Made by a program: the position numbers and the translations under genes
Shown: one piece after another, positions 1 to 12,962 of the stretch
How positions within the stretch are numbered: the stretch's first letter is position 1
How the letters are laid out: each line of letters begins with the position of its first letter
Notes under the pieces: generated by a model
What the model saw: only the letters and a program-made list of their open reading frames with translations
Databases searched by the model: none
Told to the model about the DNA's origin: nothing
Origin: Lama glama
Lineage: Eukaryota
Reading direction: 5' to 3'
DNA: 64,000 nt
Assembly (NCBI GenBank): GCA_028534125.1
Contig: CM052817.1
Coordinates: 33,420,001 to 33,484,000 of the forward strand

Positions 1-454
1 CTTTTGCAGCATTCCACTTAAACCCCCCTCTTATGGTCAGGCCAGCTCTGGGACTCCACAGAGAAAGGGATCTGTGGTTCACTTTGTCCCACCACTAAAC
101 AGGTTCAGGAAAGTTTCTTGAGCATGGGATCCAAGGTCACAGGAAGAGATACCAACTGTAATAGTGGGAGTCTTGGGAGGCCTGTCTTGCAACCCTGAGA
201 AAGCCCTTTCCTCCATGCCCTTAGGCTTTCTTTTCTAAAGAGTAAGTGAAAAAAAATAAGACATCACATGATCGCAGAAATGAGAGGAAGTAAGTATTTC
301 TGGACCTATACAGAGAGAAGCAGTACTCGTGAGGATTTGGGGAGCTGTTAGGGAAATTTTTAAAACAAAACACAGACTCTCTAGGTTTAGCACTAGAAGC
401 AAAAGCCCCAGGAGGGGAAGGTGAAATGACCCACTAGTGCCACCAAGTATACTG

Positions 455-660
455 TCAAGATTAGAATTCACGTTCCAGAATCTGGCATGTTTAGATTCCA
501 ATCCCAATTCCTCTACCTCAGACCTATGTAGGGTTATTAGGCAAATTATCTGAGTCCCTTGAGCCTCAACTTCATCATTAGTGAAGTCAGTTAATAACGT
601 ATCCATGGGCTAATGCATGTGAAGTGTGCACACAGTGTCAGTAAATGGCAATCAGTCACT
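455..660 (+). mobile_element. MIR SINE (decayed)
   Basis: Core-like gggttattaggcaaattatctgagtcccttgagcctcaacttcatc followed by tail-like taatgcatgtgaagtgtgcacacagtg. Confidence 0.6.
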
Positions 661-1519
661 GGATGCCGCCTGGCGTTATTAGGATGGGGTCAACTTCTCC
701 TTAGGGTTGATCACTGTTACTGATGCCACCTTCACATTAATTCCCAGGAGGGTGGTAATTCTCCTCCTTTACAGTGTTTTTTCCTGTGAATATATATATA
801 TACACACACACATACACACACAGAAATATACTTACAAAGTTGAAATCTACAAAGTGGTAGAGCTAAGATTTGAACCTTTATCTGACTCCAGAGCCACAAT
901 GAAGAAGACTCAGGGATGTTTTGTTCTGAATTCTCAAGTGCCAATCACACGAAAAAGAGAGGGGATCTTCATTTTCTTCTCCCCACCTCCCTATTCACTT
1001 CCCTCCCGTCCTCCTTCCAAATAAAGAAGGACGTTCTGCTAACATGAATGGTGAAAAAGGAAGATATCGATTAGGTCACTCTGACTAGGAGGTGTGGATG
1101 GTGCGCCGTTTTTCACTCACTCTGTTGCTCCTGCTTTCTCTCTTCAAGCAGACAAGTGCAAAGGTTGAGCTAGAACCTACCCTGCCCCCTCAACTCCATG
1201 AGTCTGGACAGACGGCAGAAGGCATGCCAGTGGCTGAAGATCTAAGCTGAGAGAATGAACTTTTGCACAGTGCCTTTTTGATTGACTGTGATCATGTTCT
1301 GAAGGTCAGGCGGAGTCTATAAATGGCAGATTTGGTCTGGTTATTTCAGACACATGCTGATGGGCAATCAGTTCAATTAGCCCCTGATTTTGATAAGGAA
1401 TAAAATTTCAAATCAACATTCCAGCCCTCCTGATTGGGCCCGAAATCCAAGGACTACAGAGACTACAACTACAAATAGAAATATTTATCCTGAATCATCC
1501 TTCTAACTTTACTGCCCAT

Positions 1520-1995
1520 TGTGATGGTTAATTTTGTATCAGCTTGACTGGGTCACAGGGGATCAAGATATTTGCCTAAACATTGTTTCTGGGTGTGTCT
1601 GTGAGTGTTTTCCAGATGAGATTAATATTTGAATCAGCAGACTGGATGAAGAGGATTGCCCTCCCCAATGTGTGTGGGCATCATTCAATCCTTTGAGAGC
1701 TTGAATAGAACAAAAAGGTGGAGGAAGGGAGGATCTGCTCTCCGCCGACTCCTTGAGCTGGAGCACTGGTCTTCTCCTCTCTGGGACTGAGACTGACACT
1801 TAGTTCTCAGGTCTTTGGACCCAGACTGGAACTATGTCAACAGTTTTCCTGGTTCTGTAGCTTGTAGACAGCAGATTGTAAGACTTCTCAGCCTCCCTAA
1901 TCACATGAACCAATTCCTTAAAATAAATCTCACATACGTGTGTGTGTGCACACACACACACACACAATCTTCCATCTCTGGAGAACCCTAATACA
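1520..1995 (+). mobile_element. ERVL solo LTR, MLT2 family
   Basis: Starts tgtgatggttaatttt..cttgactggg, contains gggtgtgtctgtgagtgttttccagatgagattaa and AATAAA plus internal (CA)n, ends gagaaccctaataca. Confidence 0.9.
1931..1966. repeat. (TG)n/(CA)n microsatellite inside the MLT2 LTR
   Basis: cacatacgtgtgtgtgtgcacacacacacacacaca; 1938-1959 is self-complementary. Confidence 0.95.
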
Positions 1996-2509
1996 CCGTC
2001 TGATCTTTAACTCCTCTAAAAGTTATTCAAGAGCAGAAGCTGTATCCTTTACTAATTCCATATTTTTGAAGGCTCAAAGAACACAAGGTGTTGAATAATG
2101 TCTTTCACACAGACTTACTTCACTTACTGTCTTTTATGGACTTCTGTGATAGGATGATATTTACAAATGGAATCACAGAGTAGTTAAATATTAAAGATGT
2201 CATCCCATGAATCAAAATCAATTCCAAGTGAGTAAAAATTCGATATAAAAATTCAAACCACCCACCAAGGAAGAAAATGTAATATTTTTCAAAATTTTAA
2301 AACAGGGGCAATTTTCTAAGCCTAGGAGTAATAGGTTAAATACTACAAGAAGAGATTGCCTGGTTTCACTGCATTTTAGAATATAGAACTAAAAAAAAAA
2401 AAACAGTTTTAAAGGCTAGGATAAACAAATATTGAAAATATGTTTGAAAAAGAGTTAAGGAAATTTTCAGTCCAGAGCTGATAAAAATAGATAACAAAAA
2501 CCTTAATAT

Positions 2510-3005
2510 ACTGGTAAAGAAAATTACTTGGACAAAAATTCCCAGAAGAAGATGAGAGTCCACATAAAAACCTGTTTGCAAATATTTATAGCCATTTTAT
2601 TCCTAATTGCTCAAAAGGAAACAACTCAAATGTCCAACAACTGGCTAAAGGATAAATAAATTTTGGTGCCTTTGCACAACAGGACACTGCACTGCTAGAA
2701 AAAGGAACAGCCACTGATATACGCAACAACACAATGAAATCTCAAAATCGTTATGCTGTGACAGAAGCCAGACACAAAAGAACCATACATACTTTATGAT
2801 TCTATCTATAAGACATTCTGGAAAAAGAAAAACTACAGGAACAGAAAACAGATTAGAGGATGCCAGGGGCTGGGGATATGGAGAGCAGATTGTCTGCAAA
2901 GAGAACTTTTGGGGGTGAAGAAAATATTTTATATCTTGACTGAGGTGGTTACATGAATGAACATTTGCCAAAAATCACACATCTAAAAATGATGAATTTT
3001 ACAAA
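2510..3005 (+). mobile_element. LINE-1 3' end, old L1M (L1MD/L1ME-like)
   Basis: Typical 3' motifs aaacaactcaaatgtccaacaactgg, gaaatctcaaaatcgttatgctg, agaagccagacacaaaagaaccatacatactttatgattc. Confidence 0.85.
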
Positions 3006-3009
3006 TACA

Positions 3010-3430
3010 ACTGATAATATCCAATGCTGGCTAGGTTTCAAAGAATCTAATATTCTCATACAGTAACACTGGTTTCAACTGGAATGACGTTTTTGGAAAT
3101 CACTCCTGAAATACGTATCAAGAGTCATAAAATGTTTACTCTTGGACCTAGAAATACCATTTATGGGAATCTATGCCAGGGAAATTCTGCAAAATGGCTA
3201 GAACAATCATGTTCATGGAATGATTTATTATAGATTACTAATAATTTTAAACAATTAGAGGAACTCAATTTCCAATAGTGGAGGAATAACTCATTGAATT
3301 ATAATGGAAAAATTTCTGGTAATATCATGCAATAATTAAAATGGTTGCTATAAAATCTACACAGCCACATTTACATATGGGAGTATGTATACGAAATAAT
3401 GTTACTGGAGAGCCAAATACAGACTTTCAT
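3010..3430 (+). mobile_element. Highly decayed L1ME-type ORF2/3' fragment
   Basis: ctgataatatccaatgctggc..., cttggacctagaaataccatttatgggaatctatgccagggaaat. Confidence 0.6.
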
Positions 3431-3449
3431 GTGCATCAAGAAAGATGGA

Positions 3450-3710
3450 AGGTGTAGTGGTTAACAGCACAGATTCCAGAGCTCAGCTGTCTAGGTTCAT
3501 ATCCCAACATGGCCACCTACCAGCTGTGACCTTGGGCAGCTTTCTTAACCTCTCTGAGGCTCAATTTTCTCATTTGTACAATAGGAAAAACAATAATAGC
3601 TTCCTCATAGGTTTTTTTCAAGGGTTAAATGAGTTACTATCACATAAAACTCAAACTAAAATAAACTACGTGACACAGAGTAAGCACTTTATATAAGTGT
3701 TTGCTATGCT
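3450..3710 (+). mobile_element. MIR SINE, near full length
   Basis: gtgtagtggttaacagcacagattccagag..ccagctgtgaccttgggcagctttcttaacctctctgaggctcaattttctcatttgtacaataggaa.. Confidence 0.9.
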
Positions 3711-5490
3711 GTTTTATCTCTGCAAATGCAAAAGGGCTGGACAAAATTAACACAACAGTATCATTCTGGTGTATGTTATTGTGGAATTATAAAATGAGAA
3801 TAGTTAAGACTGCAGGAAATTTTGTCTATTTTTTCCTTTTTTGCATTTAAAAAAAAATCATTTTGATTCTTAAAGGCCTGCATAGATCCCACAACAGATT
3901 TACATTCAGATTTCACTAAATGGACATTTTCTCAATTTTTTTTTTTTTGGCTTCCTTGTTAATGGATTTCCAAGTGACGGTGAGACTAAAGAGCTCAAAG
4001 GATATATACACCAAAAATCCATGTAAATCCCATTGAAAGAGACACTCTGAAAAACAGGAAACATCAAAATGGTTTGAAGGTAATCCTATCAATGGAAATA
4101 CTAATTACAGATTATTCTGTTACAAATTAGAAGGTGCTCAACTTCCAATAGCAGGAAAAAGATGAATTAAGTTACAAGATAGCTACCAAAAAGAAAATGA
4201 TCAACAATTTAAATTATGATTGTAAAGATTACATAGCCAAATATACACATGGAAACATGCAGGAACAGAAGCATCTAAAGAAGAAAGCTAAATATTTCTG
4301 TCTTGAGACAAAGCTTAAGACTCATGAGTGAGAGATGGCATCCTCTCTCTGGTTCCCCATACTCCTCAGTTCCTTGGAATTTCTTATTCTAGTATTGGAG
4401 GTAGGTAAGGACTTCCAAAGCGCCAACACCGTGGCTCTGCTTTGCCTCTGCAGAGCTGGCTTCCACATAAGATATATGCTGGGTGGACACAGGGAAGGGC
4501 AGTCCCTACCTCGACGCCTTCTCCATGTGTGTTCCAGGCAGCACTGAGAGCCAAGCCTGGACTTGAAACGTATCTGGGGAAATTTACGCTGACACTTGGT
4601 TCCACATCTGGAAACGCTGAGGGTCAGTGATGGTTCTTAGCATTGTGGTCATTCTCTTCTTCAGTAAAATGTCAACATACCTCGCAGGCAAGCACCCTTC
4701 TCTCCAGATGCCCAAGGCATTCCACCAATCAACTTTCCAAACACTAAATGGGTTTAAATGTTCAGGCTACAGGGTTAAATTTTCCAGTGTTTTCAGCTGG
4801 AAAAATCCAGACTTGTATAGATCTGCTACCTGTTAGGTTCTGAGCGTAGAAGACATATTTTAAATAATACTCCCTAGATTAAATATATCATTTGAAAAAA
4901 TGTTTTCTTCAAAGACTTCATGTGTCTTTTAAGAACCGATTGAACTTGACAATTTAAATCCTGTGCCTTAGACCTTCCTGAAGGGAAAATGTTCAAAAGA
5001 AACAAAGGGAAATTTTCGTAAAGTAGAAGACCAATGGAAAATAGAAGTAAGTTAAAGGAAGCTTTTTACCATTATTTTTCATAAAAGAAAAAAGGTCAGC
5101 TGAAGGAAACAGAAGTGTCTACTTCATAATTTAAAGAGGACTGTATCTACATTTTGTCCTATCTTTTGCTTCATGGTTTGTACAATCTGTCTTTCAGGAG
5201 AGAGAAAAAAAGCATTGTTTATTTATGCCTTGACCTAGATGGAGGAAAGGAAATTCTACGGGAAAATTTTAACATCATGAAGTACTTTGTCAATCAAGAA
5301 ACTGCTCTTCAAAAGTGCTGTACTATAACCTCCCCCTTATTTTTCAATGTCATCATTATTTATAGGGCCAGTTGCAGGCTCAACTCTGCTAAAACCATTT
5401 CTGGGAAGGCTCTTAGCCCTTATCCCAAGCACAATACCGCTCTATTAGGTCTATGCACGGATGTTTGTTCATACAGTCCTGACTCAGCTC

Positions 5491-5529
5491 TGTGTGCGTG
5501 TGTGCATGTGTGTGTGTGTGTGTATGTGT
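5491..5529. repeat. Imperfect (TG)n microsatellite
   Basis: tgtgtgcgtgtgtgcatgtgtgtgtgtgtgtgtatgtgt. Confidence 0.95.
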
Positions 5530-5989
5530 CAGTACTGGCAAGGGTGACTCTTAATCTAGGGTTTTCTGGAACATCATGGTGTGCAGTAGGGCCAAGCACT
5601 CTAAAAGAGGGAGAACACAAAGTGATCTCCTTTGTTACTCTGTGCCCAGAAGACGGTCCTGACACTGCAGGCGACACAAACCCCCCACCCCTGTCCACCC
5701 CAGTGGGAGGCGGTGGGGTTTTGATTCACCGTGGCCACGGAAATTAGCCCACCCCTGGGAAGAGCTCAGGCAGGTTGTGTGGGGTCAAGAGAGCCTCATC
5801 AGATTCAGACATCCAGGCCTCACGCTCCTCGACATGGTGGTAGTCAGGAAAACCGAAAATCTGCTTTTGCCTAAAGTGCATCTGACGTTAAGCAAGTAAA
5901 CACCATAAGGCTGAACCTCTGACCCGACAAGGCACCTAGTGTGGCATTTCCTTAGAGCTGGGCTGGTCCATCAGAGACGCAACCTAACA

Positions 5990-6170
5990 GGTCAAAGACA
6001 TGGACTCTGGAGCCTGCCCGGATTTGGACTCTGCTCTGCCACTTATTAGGTGGGAAACCTTGGGCAGGTTCCTTAACCTGTCTGGTTACTTTTCTGTAAA
6101 AGGGAGATGCAAATTGTACCTACCCCATTATGAGGGGTATTAGGAGGACCCATATTTGCAAAGCGCTTAA
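5990..6170 (+). mobile_element. MIR SINE
   Basis: atggactctggagcc..ctctgccacttattagg..accttgggcaggttccttaacctg..ctgtaaaagggagat. Confidence 0.8.
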
Positions 6171-7801
6171 ACATGCCCCGTCACTGATACATCAATGGGT
6201 GCCAAACAAAGTGAAGAGATTTGCAGAAACAATTTCACTCCTGGTTTTACCTCTTTTCATCCAAAGATTCAGTTTGATCTAAAAACTGTAGTAGAAGTTT
6301 TCTTGCTGGTCTGAGAGCTTTTATCCTTGACTTGAAAATTAAATTTATTTAGATGGGGACAACTTTGCATTGGAAACATAGCACTGAACACAGATCCTGC
6401 ACTCATTCATGAAGAATCCAAGGTAAAATATGAATTAATTCAACATTCAACTGTAAGGACTTTAGAGAGCTTCTTAACTTTTCTGAACTCAATTTATTCA
6501 TTAGCAAATTGGGAATAACATGAACCTCTCAGGGTTGTTATGAAATTCATAAAAGTTATTGTGGAAAGTACTTGGCACATCGTCTGGTGGGGGAAAAATA
6601 ACATTCTCTTCCTGAAAAGATCCAGGCTTTATCTTTTTGCTTTAGCCTCCCTGTGTTTAACTGGTTCTCTGACAATTTTTGAAAGTCTGGTCAAAGATTC
6701 ACAGTAGATTTAGGGGTGGTCCTCAAAGTAGTCGAAACTTCCTATCCTTCAGGTGTTGTTACTGTTAATATTTTTCTTAAATTATGGGCTTATCTGTTCA
6801 TTTCATCTGAATCTCCCTTACCGATGATACTGGCAAGATCTGAAGAGGTGATGAAGAAAGACATGGACTGGTAAGAATATTTCGAGAAAGTCCATTTCAG
6901 GATACCCCTCCCAACCTCTTTAAGATCTTTCAACAAACATTTCCAAGGAATTCTCTCACATTTTTTGTTTTCAAAACTTCATGTCCTGAAGCAGATGTCA
7001 CCCAGAGCTGCTTGCTCTTTTCAACAGGATTTTTTTTTGAAAGGTGAGCTTTTTAAGAGATGGTTTTCTGTATCTTATTTTCAATTAAAAATTAAGATGT
7101 GTCAAAACTCCCCAGGATTTTTAGCTGCTCGACATTTGTCTCACATATGTTTTCTTAACAAGGATTTCACCCCTCCCCTCAATGTCAAGTTTAACACCCC
7201 AAATCCTCCTTTAAAATCTATTTAAAATATTGAGCAAGTTACTCTCCCGGAGGTTTGCTGACGCAGGGGCGCCTGTGTTTGTTTTTACAAAGGAATGGCC
7301 ATTCCCCCTGATCCTGTTACTTCACTCTCTGAACATTTCCCTGGAGAATTTAGCAAACCGACCAACCGTCTCTCCTGGAGAGAGGAAGCCAATAGCCGTT
7401 AGTGTGTCTGCCACGTTGCGCCTCTGTCACAGACACACGTGCAAATCACCAGCTCTCAGGGCCCCCGGGAATCCACCCCAAAAGCATTCTCAGCCACAGA
7501 GACACAAAGTCCTCTCCCAAACAGCTTACGATCAGCCTGTGCTTCATCACACTCCATGAAAAAATAAAAAGATTTCCTGTGGTCAGGCAGGCTAGGAGAA
7601 TCTTAGGAAAACAGTTTAGACTATATTGCAAATCATGCTCCTTTCTCAGACTCAGATCAGAGTCAAAATGCACATTAGCATATTCAATTTCTCAGTAAAG
7701 AAATTTAATCTTAACTCATGCTCCTAGAATTGTTTAACCTAGAATCCTATTTTTTCAATATTATCTCATGAAAATCTAAGAACTTGGGGTTCCACGAATG
7801 A

Positions 7802-8301
7802 NNNNNNNNNNNNNNNNNNNNNNNNNNNNNNNNNNNNNNNNNNNNNNNNNNNNNNNNNNNNNNNNNNNNNNNNNNNNNNNNNNNNNNNNNNNNNNNNNNN
7901 NNNNNNNNNNNNNNNNNNNNNNNNNNNNNNNNNNNNNNNNNNNNNNNNNNNNNNNNNNNNNNNNNNNNNNNNNNNNNNNNNNNNNNNNNNNNNNNNNNNN
8001 NNNNNNNNNNNNNNNNNNNNNNNNNNNNNNNNNNNNNNNNNNNNNNNNNNNNNNNNNNNNNNNNNNNNNNNNNNNNNNNNNNNNNNNNNNNNNNNNNNNN
8101 NNNNNNNNNNNNNNNNNNNNNNNNNNNNNNNNNNNNNNNNNNNNNNNNNNNNNNNNNNNNNNNNNNNNNNNNNNNNNNNNNNNNNNNNNNNNNNNNNNNN
8201 NNNNNNNNNNNNNNNNNNNNNNNNNNNNNNNNNNNNNNNNNNNNNNNNNNNNNNNNNNNNNNNNNNNNNNNNNNNNNNNNNNNNNNNNNNNNNNNNNNNN
8301 N
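7802..8301. other. Assembly gap, exactly 500 N
   Basis: Run of N counted from the sequence. Confidence 1.
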
Positions 8302-8389
8302 GGCTTTGCCTCTCTCTTCCTTTTCCCTCTGCAGAAATAGGAATTCTGCAGAAATTGAAAGAAGAATGCAAGCTATTTTCAGGCTTGTT

Positions 8390-8945
8390 CAATAGCTCCC
8401 ATCTCTCTTGAAGTAAAGTCCAGCCTCTTTAAAAACATTCCCGAAGGCTTGCAAGAGCTCTCTTCTGCCTTCACTCAGATTTCAACTTTTCCTGCCTCAC
8501 ATGTGAGAATCTAGTCATTTGCCACTTTCTCCCCATTCCCACAATACACTTTCTGAGATTCCCTCTGCTTAAAACTCTCTAGCCCATCCCTTCCCTCCCC
8601 CAATCTCCCTGACCCCGGCCCTGACCCCAGCCTTATGCCTAGCTGCTCCCGCCACATCTCTTATGTCACAGTCTAGACATCATTTCTTCCAAGAATCCTT
8701 CCCTGACCCTTCCACAAAGCTGGGTTGGCTGACCCTTCTCTGGCCTCCCTCAACAACTATACCACCCATTTCACACTGTTCCTTACACTTCACTACAATT
8801 GAGTCTCTTTATTGACCTCTATCCCACTGGACTGTAATCTCCACAGGGGCAGAAACCCTCTGCCTTGCTCACCACTGCATCCCCAGGACCTGGCTCAGAA
8901 CCTCCACTGTAGCAGCCGTTCAATGAATACACGGTGAGCGAAAGG
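8390..8945 (+). mobile_element. L2 LINE 3' portion
   Basis: tctagacatcatttcttccaagaatccttccctgacc..cccactggactgtaatctccacaggggcagaaacc..accactgcatccccaggacctggctcag..ttcaatgaat. Confidence 0.85.
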
Positions 8946-10199
8946 GTCAGCCAATGGATCAGTCTTGGCCTTGTCGCAAAGTGTAACGGTAAGATTCTAT
9001 CACCAGACCCCCAAGCCTCAAATTATCGTGAATCTCTCGGATAAACAGCATGATACAATCCAAGACACTGTCTCTCTTAAGATATCCACCTCAGACATTT
9101 AGAAGGTGGAGGGCAGGGAGTGGGGGGCTCCCTCTCACTGACAAGAATCAAGCACGACCTCCTGCTGGCAGCTCTTCTTGCTGGAGTCAGCCCTAGGTTA
9201 TGTGTCCTCTAGCAGACTTCCAAATAAATCATCGGGTTCAAAACTGTTTAACTGGGCCTACACTCGGTCTTCCCAGAAAACCTGCTTCCCGTTTCATGAC
9301 AAATCATGCCTGCTCTAGGGCTCTGAGAAACCTGCTTGTTGTTTTTTTTTTTTTTTGCTCATTGCATAATAAAAGACAGATACACAAAGTCCCATACAGG
9401 CTCAACAGCCCCCTCTTCTCCACTGTCCTGTGCAAACTGAAGCCTTACCCAGCTGCCAAATTCATATTCTAATAGGACGACAAGAAACTATTTCCCTAAC
9501 GCAATCATGAATCAGTCTGTGTCAGACAGGACTGCTCACCACAACGCCCTTCCTGGTTGGAAAGCAAAACGTGTAAGCTGGATGGCTTCAGAGAAACAAA
9601 TTGCTTCTGGCTGCAGAATGAGATGACTGTATAGTTGACCAAGAAAAACATAAAAACACACAAAAACACCCCTGTGAGATGAATTACTTAAAATTAGGAG
9701 GCCTACATTCTTGGGGCCAGATAGCAAAACTATTTACCCCCTTAAGACATGATGCTACAGTTAGTCAGACATTTCCAGGATCTGCACTCTGTGGAAAAAT
9801 ATGTTGACCCCATTGCAGAAAATTGCTCTAAGAGGGACATGTTGTAAGCAAACCCATTGCGGAATAAAGCTTGAATAGTAGTAAGGGGACGCTCCCTCCA
9901 CAACCCCTGTCACCACTTCAATGACTGGAATTGGGGAAGAGTTTTAAGGTTGGGGGTCGGGGTCAGGCGGACGGCTCAGAAACGGAATTGTAAAATGACT
10001 CTCCACCCCATGGCTGTAGAGTGATCCACGACTATATGCTTTACCCATTTTGATTCTCTGGGTTGTCCAAATCCAGCAAGGTAATCTACTTCTTTCTGTA
10101 TGACCAGCTGCCCAGCTGTCAGAGCTCATTCTTTGCTCTCTGTATCGTCAGTGTATAATTGAAATGGAAGAGTGTCAAAGAATGTAGGCGATGACTTGT

Positions 10200-10600
10200 A
10201 GGGAATGCTGGTAGCTACTGAAACAGATAACCCCCAAAATACCTTTGAATTCATACAGTGGAAGTTTATAAAGGCCAGTGGCTGAGGGTGGGGGCATGGG
10301 GAGGCTTCTTGCAGTCATTCAGGGACCTAGGCTGATGGAGGCTCTACCTTCAACATATGTCTTCCAAAGTCTCCCCAGGCACTGACATCCAGTCAGCCTA
10401 TGGATGAAGACAGAATGTGGAAGATCACGTTTCTATGAGCCAGGAACGGAAGTGGCATAAAGCACTCTGCCCACAGAACTCAGTCACTTGGCCCCATGTC
10501 ATTGCAAGGGACACTGGAGAAGGGGTCTGTCTGACTGTGGGCTCAGGAAGCAGAGGAAACAGGTTCTGGTGAACACATACCATACTCAGCCACTATCTAA
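10200..10600 (-). mobile_element. MaLR LTR, MLT1J/K-like (3' LTR of a truncated provirus)
   Basis: gcagtcattcagggacctaggctgatggaggctctacc, ggaagtggcataaagcactctgcccacagaactcagtcacttggcccc. Confidence 0.8.
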
Positions 10601-11830
10601 CACTTTAGTCACCAAATATCTATTTCACTTTTCCTCCCACATCAACAACAGACTTTTTCCTCCCCAAGGGAGGCAATCCAAAGTCCCATCCAATCAGTTT
10701 AAAGTCCAAGACCTCCAGGGGATATAGACTCCTCCCCACTGTTTATCAGTCACATCCAGATGTGGGCCTTGTGATCCAATCACCCGTGTACTAAACATTC
10801 TCTCTCACACACACACACACACAACATACATGGTAGGGATTGGAGCTAGAATAACCACAATGAGAAGTCCCATCCACAAACAGAAAGCATGGGGAATATT
10901 GTGCATTATTATGCCATAGCAATGATGGAATCTTGCTGGACAGGTATTACAAAAATTGCTATAGGAAGATAGAAAAGGTTTCTTGATTAGACCCTGATTT
11001 TGCTGACTAAGAGGACATTAGACAGAGCCTATTATTCCCCATAACTCATGGATCCACTTCTAGATCCATATTCTTCCTTGTCTATCATGACTTCCTTGGC
11101 TACCTCTGAAGTGGGCATTGGAAAGTATGCTGTTTCATGGATTTCCCAGTTGTGAAAGCTTGTTCCTGTAGATTTAAATTAGGGTTCCCAAATGTTATTT
11201 TAAACCTCAAACAGGAAAAGGATTTTTTATTCAGTTTCATGGTTCATTATTTATATTTCTTTGGCAATAACATTTCCTCAAAAAATGTGCTTTTCCGTAT
11301 ATTTCTGATCTATCTGCTTCCAGTCAGTTGCAAATGTCAGTTCTTCGATATAATTCTAAAGCCTGATAAATTTCTTTGCCCTTATGACTCTTTACTTAAT
11401 GGCAACCAACTTCAGGCCATCCAGCTTGGACAGAAAACCCATATACCTAATCTGATCTTTGCTATAAATCTGCATCTTAATAAGCCATTCTTGCTCAAAG
11501 GACTTCTCTTACTTCCTACTGTTTGGGGTCTAGACACAGATGGCTTTTTAAATCTTCCAATACCCAAATATCTGGACTCCTTAGACACCTTTTTAGTTAT
11601 GCTGTCAAATCAGCAAATCCTTTTCTGAACTCATCTCTTTCTTCTAATAATTCATCCAGTCACAACCAACACACAATATTAACATTCTATCTTCCAAACT
11701 TTTTCTTTAAAGTTAAAGAATTGGTAACTACTTGGTCTTCCTGCCACATGAGCTCAGGCACAGTTTTAACAAATGTGTTCATCACTGCAAGACTTGAAAC
11801 ACTATCTTCTAATCTCTAATGTAACTGCCT
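10600..11830 (-). mobile_element. MLT1 internal (MaLR-int) sequence
   Basis: Directly follows the LTR with int-like cctccccaagggaggcaatccaaagtcccatccaatcag and runs up to the L1 fragment. Confidence 0.6.
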
Positions 11831-11849
11831 GCCATCTGACTACTAAAAC

Positions 11850-12820
11850 AATGTCACTTGATTTAATTGCAGTATTTAGTCCACTTATATTTAGTGTAGT
11901 TAATGATATATTGGGGTTTTTATTTACCATCTTATCATTTATTTTATATGTAACCCATATTTCTTTTTCTCTCTTTTCCTGCCTTTTTTTATTAATCATA
12001 TCTTCTGTTACTCTATATTTTTCTTATTCACATTTTACTAATTGTTTAGTGCTTACTTGCATGTTTCTTTAACTTATTATGATCTAAATTACTATTTTTA
12101 CCAATTCCTGTACAATGCTAAAACTTTAGAAAACATAAGTCCATTTATACCCTTCTCAACTTTACATTAATGTTGTCCTGCAAATTCTATATATATAGAA
12201 CTCAGAATGCAGAATTCTACATATACAACATGATTAAAATTATATATAAATATCAAATATAAATATGATTAATACTAAGTCAATATTCATTTATTGTACC
12301 CATATTTGTATAGCAACATTCTGTTGCTCTTTATTTCTTCCAATTCCTCTGCAAACATTTTCCTTCTGTCTCAAGAATTCTTTCCAGAATTTCTCTTATT
12401 GAGGTTTGCTATAAATGAATTCTCTCATCTTTCTTGTCTAAAAATATCTTTTTCCCTTGATTTTTGAAGAATATTTTCACTGGGTATAGAAACTGGGTTG
12501 ATAGATTTTTTTACTCTCAGCACTTTAAAGACATCTTTTCATTGTCTTAAAGTCAATTATCAGACTAATTTTTGCTCCTTTGAAGGTAGTATGTGTTTTT
12601 TCCTAGTTCTTTTTGATATGTTTCTAATTCTCTGGTGAAATTTTCTCTACCTTTTCCTCTATTAAATATAGTAGTCATAGTTATTTTAAAGTTCTTATTA
12701 TCTTAACTCCAGTATAAGACTATTTCTATGAGCAGAAGTCAGTTCACTTCTCTGAAGCCACCTCTCCTTGGAGTCCTAGAGTTCTTATTGCCTCATCAGC
12801 TCTCTGTGGCTTCAAACCTA
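11850..12820 (-). mobile_element. Old LINE-1 fragment (ORF2 start, inter-ORF and ORF1 remnants)
   Basis: ORF 11802-11999(-) contains PNISLTTLNISGLNTAIK, matching the L1 ORF2p endonuclease N-terminus (ISIITLNVNGLN.PIK). Confidence 0.85.
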
Positions 12821-12829
12821 TAACTGATC

Positions 12830-12962
12830 TTGATTAAAATATAGATTCTCAGGCCATGCTTCCAAAAGATTCTTAAAATGTAGGGCTGGTGGGCAAGGTC
12901 AAGCAATCTGATGGATAATTTGATGCAACTAGACTAGGGGTCACATGTTGAGAAATGCTGAC
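12830..12962. mobile_element. hAT-Charlie MITE, MER5-like
   Basis: atagattctcaggccatgcttccaaaagattct..gggtcacatgttgagaaatgctg. Confidence 0.65.

Noticed and set aside
5154..5747. 197-aa ORF, the longest without N
   Set aside because: Non-ATG start, runs through a (TG)n microsatellite, no recognisable domain.
7766..8392. Long ORFs of 180-208 aa (also 37704-38494)
   Set aside because: Artefacts of translating through N gaps.
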